A stretch of 64,000 nucleotides of DNA from contig QPMI01000184.1 of NCBI GenBank assembly GCA_004431415.1, positions 140,494 through 204,493 of the forward strand, written 5' to 3'. The DNA comes from Cyanophora paradoxa CCMP329. Its lineage: Eukaryota; Plantae; Glaucophyta. Of this stretch, positions 56,124 through 64,000 are shown in pieces. The position numbers were made by a program, and so were the translations under genes. Under the pieces are notes generated by a model. The model saw only the letters and a list, made by a program, of their open reading frames with translations, was not told the DNA's origin and searched no databases. Position 1 is the stretch's first letter; each line of letters begins with the position of its first letter.

Positions 56124-58910
56124 ATGCGCATCGCCCTCGGCCTCCTCCCTTGCCTCGTCATCAGCTGCGCGTTCGCGTGCGCTCGGGTGGACGGCGCGGC
56201 GCTTGCATCAGGCCCTCTGGATGTCGGGCTCGACCTCGCAGCGGCCGGCACCCTCGGCAGGGCAGGAAACCTTCAGCTCCAGCTCGACCGCGAGGCGCTG
56301 GCTCCGGCGAGCCCGAGTGGAAGGGAACCCTCCTTGACAACAGCATTGAATGACACGATCAGCGAAAGGGCGCGGGCGGCGGAGGACATTGCAGCGTTTT
56401 TGCACTGGTGCGCGCTCGCGACCGCAATCCTTAGCGCGTGGCTGTCATACTCCAGGATTCTAATCATGACTGACGCGGTCCTCTCGCGGTCTCGGCAGGT
56501 TCAGAAGCAACGGGGGACGCCTGCACCCGGCTTTAGTAATCCGCGCCGAGGGAGAAGGCAGCTCCAGGGGCGTCTTCGCGAAGGCCCCCATCCAGGTGCC
56601 CTCGCGATCAGGAATTCGATCGACACGTAGCCCCGGGATTTGATCTTCGATCTGGGGTTGGGGTGGGGCGCGCAGGCGGGGGAGGAGCTCTTCCACGTCC
56701 CGGGGGGCCTCATGCTGAACTGTGCGCCCCCGCGGGCCCCCGCCCTCCGGGAACCTCGGGCGGGGCCAGCGCGCCCAGCGCCTGCAGCTCTAAAACGAGG
56801 GCAGGCGACCCCGACGAGGTGCGGGCGATGCGCCTGCCGGGCACCCTCGCCATGGCCCCGCCCCCGGGGCGCTCCTCGGGGCCCTTCGAGGTACACCCCC
56901 TCCCCCTCCCCCCCTCCCCCCTGCCGCCACCCCTCCCCCCCTTCCCCCGCTTCGCCCCATGCCTCTCCGGCCCCTCCCCCCCCCTCTCCCCTTGGCCTCC
57001 GTAGCACCCGAGTTAAACCCCCGCCTGCGCCCCCCTCCGAATCTGACCGTGGCCCTGGTCCGAGCAGGCGGGGCTGGCGTGCGCGGCGGTGCGGCTCCTG
57101 CGCGAGTCCCTCGACAACTCCTCCTTCTGGGCCCCCTACATCCGGTCCGCGCGCCCCGCCCCCCGCCCCCCGCGGCCCGCCTCAAGCTCGAGGTCGAGGT
57201 TGAGCGGGGGCGGCGCGCAGCGTCCTGCCGAGGAGCCTCGAGGTCCCCCTCCTGTGCGCCCCGCCCCCTCCAGCCCGCCTCGCCGCTCTTGCACGCGGGG
57301 CCTTCGCGCTCGCATCCCAAGCGGCGGCTCCTGGGCGGGGTGTGAGGCTGGGCGGGGGCAGGGAGTGGACGCTGGAGGAGGTGGCCCTGCTCGCCGACGG
57401 CGACCCCGCCGCCGCCGCCGCCCGCCTCGGTGCCCCCGCTCGAGCCCCGCCCCGCCAGCCCCTCCCCTCCCGTGACCGGCCGCCGGCGGGGCGGGCGGGC
57501 AGAGGCGGCGCGGGCGGCGCGGGCGGTCGCGGCGGAGCTGGAGGCCGACCTCCCCCGCCTGGCCCGCCCCCTCCCCCCCCGCCCCCCAGAGATCCCCAGG
57601 CTCACGCCTGTCGCCTCCCCGCGTGCGCAGGCGCCCGGGGCGGGCGGGGAGGGGCTGGGCTGGGCGCTGCGGGTGGCGGCGACGCGGGCGTGGGAGACGT
57701 GCGCCTTCCTCGCCTTCGACCTCGCCAACCACCACCCGGACACGGTACCTTGCCCCGCCCCGCCCTCCGCTCGCGGCGCCTCGGCCGCGGCAGGGCGGGG
57801 CGGGGCTGACGCCGCTGACCCGGCAGGGGGCGGACGTCGAGTTCCCCGGGACGGCGCACGCGGGGGCGCGCGGCTTCCGCGAGACCTGCGCCGCCGCCTC
57901 CGCCCGCGCCACCGCCCCCCTCGCCCCGGGCTCCCAGGTCCCCGCCCCCCTCGCCTCGCCGGGCCCGCCCCCGCGGCCGCCCCCGCCGCTGACCGCTGTT
58001 GGGTGGCAGGCGCACGCGTTCTACGGGGAGCGAACGGGGGCGGCGCTGCTGCTGCACTACGGGTACCTGCCGCCGCTGCGGGACGACGTCGTGGAGCTCG
58101 CCCTCCTCCTCCCCGGGCCCCGCCGCCCCGCCTGGACCCGCATCGACCTCGCCGACGGCGACCCCGGCGACGACGCGAGCGTGCGGGTGCCTGCCCGCGC
58201 TCCCCTGCGAAATAGCCACAGATCTACATCTAGAGTGCACCGGGGTCGATTAGAACGTTGATGGCGCAGGTGCACGTGCCGACGCTGCGGCGGGCGATGG
58301 CGGCGAAGGGCTTCGGCCCGGAGGGGGGCGGGGAGGCCTCCGGGGGCTGGGAGTTCCGTGTCGGCCACTTCCTGCGGCACGGGGACGGACCGGGCGAGCT
58401 CGAGGGCCTCCTCGACCTCCACCGCGCCGTGCGCCCGCGCTCCAACCTCCACGCTTCGGCGGCGCGGAGCTCAGAGCTGAAGCCTCGCCCCGCGTCAGAT
58501 CGCGGGGGCGGGGCGGGAGGAGGGGGCGGGCCCGATGCGGGGCCCCGGGGCGGGGGGCCCCGAGGGGGAGGCGGCGGCGCTGGGCCTCCTGCGGGCGACC
58601 CTCGCCGCCCGCCTCGCCGCCGCCCGCGCCGCCGAGTCCGACCTCGCCCCCGCTTCCACCTCGAGCTCGGGCGCGGAGGGCGTGGAGGGGCGGCGGGCGG
58701 GGGCGGCGGGGCGGATGAGGGCGCAGGCGCGCGCCATCCTCCAGTCGGCCCTCGAGGCGCGCCCGCCCCGCCCGCCCCGCCCCGCTCTCGTCCCCCGGGG
58801 CCCTCGGCTCGCTCGCGCCCTTCGCCGGGGCCTGGGCCTGACGCTGAGGCCAGGTGGTGGAGGGGCTCATGCGGACTCGAACCGGGGGCGAGCCTGCAGG
58901 GGAGATCTAG
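56124..58910 (+). CDS. SET-domain protein lysine methyltransferase (Rubisco-LSMT/SETD3-like class)
   Basis: FLHW|FRSNGG, RGVFAKAPIQ|AGEELFHVP, LAVRLLRE...SFWAPYIR|VLP, WTLEEVALL, WALRVAATRAW, FDLANHH and FYGERTGAALLLHYGY. Confidence 0.8.
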
Positions 58911-59865
58911 ACCCTCCAGTCGCGAGAACGATCGACGTCGGGCCCGGCCGCGGACCCAGTGTTCGATTCCTCCAGCGCCGGCGGGATCCGTATCCGTATC
59001 ATCATGATCAGGTGTCAACGTCGAGCGCTCAGCGGCTGGGCCTCGCGGTCGGGGCCAGGGGGGCGGCCCGGCCGCAAACTACGCAGCGCTAGCGCTGACC
59101 GCTGGGCAACGCTGATAGCGGATCCGGACCTGCCAGGCTGATTTATTGCTTCGGACTCCGGGATTTATTGTGGTGGCTTATTTCATTGTTGCAGTTATTT
59201 GCCCTTTTCCAGGGCTCTTTCTGTGATGAACGTCGCATTGTATTTTAACTTATTCAGAATCACAAATTTGCAGCATGCAATCCGCGGCCGCGAGGCCGCA
59301 TAATCTAAATACCCTTCAGCCGTTGACTTCGGAACTCGGAAGTCGCGCCGAGGCTTCGAGGCTCGCATAACCACGGCCGCCCGGGCCGTCTCGAGGTTCG
59401 CATAACCGCCAGGCAGCCTGGCAGCGCCCCGGGCCCGTTCGCGAGCCTCGCCGAGTCGCCGAGTCGGAGCCCGGAGGCCCTGAGGCTGATTGTCGTGCTA
59501 CGGTGGAGTCACTCTCAGTATACTCACATACGCTGCAGCTTGGCACATGTACAGTGTGTTTCACTGAGTCAGGTCTATTTTAAAATTTCGCCTTTCATGA
59601 TCAACTGCAATGCGTATGATCATGATCATGATTCAAGATTCAAGAAGAATTTGCCCACTCAAATCATTCCGAATCCTCATGATCCCGGGCACCTCATCCA
59701 AGATTTAGACGTGTTCAAATTAAAATGATTGAAATGAAAGGTTCGAAGTACCAATTGCAAGGACAAACAATTTTGCTCTCCAAGGAATGCAGCGTAACAG
59801 ATATCGATACGTACTAGCTATGGTGGACAAGGGCGGGGCGCGGGGGCGGCGGGGCCGGGGGCGCC

Positions 59866-62800
59866 TCAGTCGGCGGTGTCCATGGAGGCGGGGCGCTCGG
59901 CGAGGGCGAGGCGGGCGACGGCGAGCGCCTCCGCGAGCTCGTGCGCCCGCACCGGCTTCTGCGGATGGCGCGCGGCGTTAGCGCCCTCGAGAGCTCGCGC
60001 CGCCCCGCACGCGCTCAAGGGGAGGGGGAGGGGGCAGAGGGGGTTGCGGGACGGGAGCCGGGGGGCGGGGGCCGCACGGCGAGGAAGGCGTCGAAGCCGG
60101 CCTCGGCGCACTCGCGGCGGTCGCGGGCGCCGACGTTGGCGGAGAGGGAGATGGCGTAGGCGGGGCGGCAGCCCTCCGCCTGCATCCGCCGCAGCGACTC
60201 CAGCCCGTCCAGCACCGGCACTGCCCCCGCGCCCCCCGTCAGCGCCCAGCGCGAGGCGGGCGGGCGGCGGGGCGAGCGGGACGCACTCATGATGTCTGCG
60301 CGGGGCGGGCGGGCGGGGCGGCACGGGGTGAGTGGAGGGAGGGGGTGCGAGGGGCCCGGGGCGGGGCGGGTCGGACCGGAGATGAAGACGTGGAAGGGGC
60401 GGCCGCGGCGGAGGGCGTCGCGGGCGGCCTCGAGGGCGGCGAGGCCGTTCGCCGCGTGCTGCACCTCCGTGAACCCGCACCTGCAAGGAGCGCCCAGGCT
60501 CAGGCCCGGGGGGCGGGCGGGGGCCGGCGGGGCGGCGCGCTTCTTGAGCTGCAGGTTGATGATCATCACGTTCGTCGGCGTGTCCTCTGCGCCCCCGCCG
60601 CTCAGCGCGGGGCGGGGGCCGGCGGGCGGCGAGCGCGGGGCGGGGCGCGCCGGCGAAGAGGATGCGGATGGGCGGCTCGCAGCGGGAGCGCTTGCGGGGC
60701 GTCAGCTGGCGCGCCGGGGCCCCCTCCGCCCCTCCGGCGCCGACTCCCCGCCCGAGTCCGAGCTCGCCGCGCTGCTCGACCTGCACCCCCCGTGAGGGGG
60801 GGAAGGGGAGAGATGGGAGGGGGCAGGGGCGGACTTGGAGCGGGGCGGGGGCCGGAGGGGCGCCTCGAGGGCGTCGTGGAGGGCGCGGGCGGAGATGGGC
60901 AGCCGCAGCGCCTGCACCCCGGGCCGCTGCAGGCCTGCGCTTCCCCGTGGGCGGGGCGGGGGCTGGAGGGGCCGGGGGGGGGCCGGCGCACCGGGGTCGG
61001 CGCCGAGGGTGAAGCGGGGACGAGGACGGGGGCCGGCCGCGGGGCGGCCCCGGCGGCCAGGGCGGCCGAGAGGGAGGCGGCGGCGGCGGCCGCGTGGAGG
61101 GCCTCCGTGAGGCGGTCGAGGGCGGCGGCGAGGGCGGGGCCCGGCGGGAGCGAGCGCGGCATGTGCAGGAGGACGGCGGCGATCTCCCCGCCCCGCCCCG
61201 CGGCGGCCTCGCGGCGGACGGCCTCCTCGGCCTCGGCGAGGGAGGCGGCGTGGGTGACGCGGAGGCCCCAGCCGGCGGCGTCCCCCGCCGCCGTCCCGCC
61301 CCACGCCGCCTCGTCCACCGCCACGATCAGCAGGCGGCCCCGCAGCCCCGGCGCCCCCTGCGCCCCATCAGGCGGGAGAGGAGGAAGAGAGGGGGGGCAG
61401 GCGCCTCGAGGAGGGCGTGGCGGAGGAGGGGCCGGGCGGCCGGCTCGTCGGGCCGCAGCGCCACCGCGCGGAAGGTGAAGGAGAAGGTGGAGCCTGGGGG
61501 CGGGGTGAGGCGGGGGAAGGAGGCGGGGGGCGGGGGTGCGGGGGGGCACCGTGGCCCGGGGTGGAGACGACACCGATGTCGCCCCCGAGCGAGCGCGCGA
61601 TCTGAGGGCCGCCGAGGCGGTGGGCCCGAGGGAGGAGGGGGGGGGGGGGGGGGGGTGGGGGGGGAGGGGGGGGGGGGCAGGGCAGGGCGGGGGCACCTGC
61701 TGGGAGATGAAGAGGCCGAGGCCGGCGCCCGCGTGGCGCCGGCTCTTCGTCGAGTTGAGCTGCGTGAAGAACCTGCCGCCCCGCCCCGCGTGAGCCCTCC
61801 CCGCCCCGCCCCGCCCCGCCCCGCCCCGCCCCGCACCCGAAGAGCCGCTTCTGGTCGGCGTCGGAGATGCCGCAGCCGGGGTCTGCGGGGGAAGAGGGTG
61901 AGGCTCGGGGGCCCGGGGGCGAGGCGAGGCGGGGCTGGGCGGGCGGGGAGCGGCGAGGGGGCACCCGTGACGGTGGCGCGGAAGAGGGTGAGGTTGTCCT
62001 CGTCGGGGCACCCCTGCCGCCGGCCCTCTCGGCGCCGGGCGGGGCGGGGCGGGCGGGGCGGGGCGGGGCGGGCGGGGCGGGCCTCGGCCTCGACGTGGAG
62101 GGTGATGCAGCCGGCGCCCTCGTCCGTGAACTTGACCGAGTCTGCCCCGCCCCGGGGCCGCGTCGGCTCGCGGGGGCGGGGCGGGGGCGGGGGCGGCGGG
62201 GCGGGGCGGACTGCCGATGAGGTTGACGAGGACCTGGCGGATGCGGCCCCGGTCGCTCACCGCCAGCCGCGGCACCCGCGCCTCCATCTGCGCGCGCGCC
62301 CCCTCGGCCCCACGGCCCCAGGGCCCGCCGCGACGAGGGGAGGAGGCGGCGCACGCGGAGGAGGAGGGCGAGGGACTTCTGCGCGGCGACCTGCGGGGGC
62401 GCTGAGCGGCGAGGGCCGCCCGTGCCGGCCGTGCGGGGCGGGGCGGGGCGGGGCGGGGCGGGCGCACGGGCCAGAGCATGTCGAGGACGTCCTCGGCGCA
62501 GGCGCGCAGGTCCATCGGCGCCAGCGCCGTCTGCAGCCGCCCGCCCCGCTCCACCGCCCCCGCGTCCAGCACCTGGCCCCGCCCGTGAGCCCCCCGAGAC
62601 GGCGCAGCCCGGGCGGGGCGGGGCGGGCGCGCCTCGCCGACGAGGTCGACGAGGGACTGCGCGCAGCTGCGGACGATCGCGAGGTGCTCGCGCTGCTCCG
62701 GCGGCGGGCCCTGCGCCCCGGCCCCGCCTCGTCGCCCCGGTGGCGCGGGCGGCCGGCGGCGGGGGCCGGGGCGCGCCTTGTCGAGGAGGAGGTCGGTGAT

Positions 62801-64000
62801 GCCGACCACCGCCTGCATCGGCGTCCGCATCTCGTCTGCCGCCGCGTCGGCGGCCCATGGCGGCGCATGGCGGGCCCGGGCGGGGCGGGGCGGACGGGTG
62901 ACGACGGAGAGGAAGTCCTGCTTGGCGCGCGCCGCCTGCTGCGCCTGCTGCACCTGCCGTGCAAGGCGCCGGTCGGAGGGGGGTCGGGGGCGGGGCGGCG
63001 TCGGGTGGGGCGGGGCGGGGCGGGGCGGACGAGGGTGGCCTGCCCGAGGGCGATGCCGACGGTCTCGCAGACGTCGGCGAAGAACTCGAGCTGCTCTGGG
63101 GCCAGCGTCCGCCCCTTCTCCACCCACGAGATCTGCGCCCCCGCCCTCACCGCCCCGCCCCTCCGCGACCCGGCGCGGCAAGGGAGGAGGCACCGCCACC
63201 ACGCCGTTGACCTGCGAGGGGGCCGCCGGGGTGAGCGCGGGGTGCGGAGGGGGCGGCGGGGGGCGGGGGAGACCTTGCCGCCCCAGACGGTGGAGCGGGC
63301 GGTGGTCGATAGGAGCCCCGCGCTCCGGAAGCACCGCACCTGCGCCCCCGTCGCCCGCCCCGCTGCCCACTCAGCCCCTCCCTCGCCCGCTGCTGCTCCT
63401 CCCCAGAGGCCGCGGCGAGCGGGGCGCGCACGGTCTCCTCGTCGGCCTCGCCGTTGGGGCCTGGGACCTCCCCCGCCCACTCCTGCGCCTGCGCCGGGGC
63501 GCTCAAGGGGGAGGGAGCCTCGGGGCCGGGGCCTCGGGGCCGGGGCGGGCGGGCCTGGAGCATGTCGAGGGCGCAGAAGGTGCGGCTGCCCTTGGCCCGC
63601 ACCACCGCCTCGATCCGCCGGTGCACCGCCGCCGGCCGCAGCGCACCTCCGCTGCCGCCCGCGCCGCGCGTCGGGCGGGGGCGGGGGGCGGCTGGGGGGC
63701 CCCGGCGGCCGGCATGCGCGTCGGACCTGACGGAGAAGTCGAGGCCGCCGCCCTTGCGCGCGTTGCAGATGTCCAGCGCGATCATCGCCGGCTCCTGCGC
63801 GCCCGCCCCTCCCCTCGCCCCGCGCGCCCCCGGCGCGGCGGCGCGGCGGGGTGGCGGGCCTGGCCGTCGGGGGCCGGCTCCCAGTCGATGCGGGTGAGGC
63901 CGGCGCGGTCGGCCCCCGTCCACTCGAGCAGCAGCTGCGCCGTCTTGTCCATCACGCTGCGCGCCCGGGTGAGGGCTCAGCGGCGGGAGCAGCCGGGATG
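59866..64000 (-). CDS. Hybrid sensor histidine kinase (GAF-like, HisKA, HATPase, degenerate REC, REC); 5' end beyond the window
   Basis: AKQDFLSVVT|HEMRTPM (phospho-His), DRGRIRQVLVNLIG, VKFTDEG, DPGCGIS, GAGLGLFIS and GSTFSF. Receiver: ILFAEDTPTN...FISDIMMPVLDG...LSAN...AGFDAFLAKP. Confidence 0.9.

Noticed and set aside
61637-61677. Long poly-G/poly-C tracts (also ~6893, ~17967, ~18692, ~22512, ~30106, ~54114)
   Set aside because: They are mostly intronic or 3'-flanking homopolymers typical of this composition, and their lengths are error-prone. There is no specific evidence of function.
1-64000. tRNA, rRNA or prokaryotic operon structure
   Set aside because: None was recognised by eye. 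Bacterial-like genes all carry spliceosomal introns, so this is not bacterial contamination.

Overview
GC-rich, intron-dense eukaryotic nuclear DNA. Exons are short, introns are mostly about 50-130 nt, and many donors are GC rather than GT, so the six-frame ORF track is largely misleading and genes were reconstructed by splicing by eye. Plastid transit peptides starting MAF/MMAF and the flagellar gene CCDC113 point to a flagellated primary-plastid alga, most consistent with a glaucophyte such as Cyanophora (inference). About 20 host genes are recognisable: CWF19L2-like, a RING/TRAF-Zn E3, a giant coiled-coil protein with 138-bp repeats, a CBM48-TreZ-like GH13, two HliA/Psb34-motif plastid proteins, a PsaN-like protein, SENP8, a small Tat-targeted thylakoid protein, bacterial-type AlaA, a RING-H2 E3, TDP2-like, F-box-BRCT, PHTF-like, PRPS, a damaged Zn-ADH, TIGAR-like, CCDC113, a SET methyltransferase and a hybrid His kinase. 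The standout is an apparently intact 6,967-bp Ginger2/Tdd-type DNA transposon (40807-47773) with 145-bp TIRs and a GGGCA target-site duplication. It carries a spliced integrase-like transposase and a second, convergent, spliced gene of unknown function. Its TIRs, several introns and its intergenic region carry arrays of one short motif (GGGCACG) at roughly 11-bp spacing. This resembles TE-encoded sequence-specific anti-silencing systems such as VANC/VANDAL, and the parallel is a hypothesis. All exon boundaries are manual predictions.
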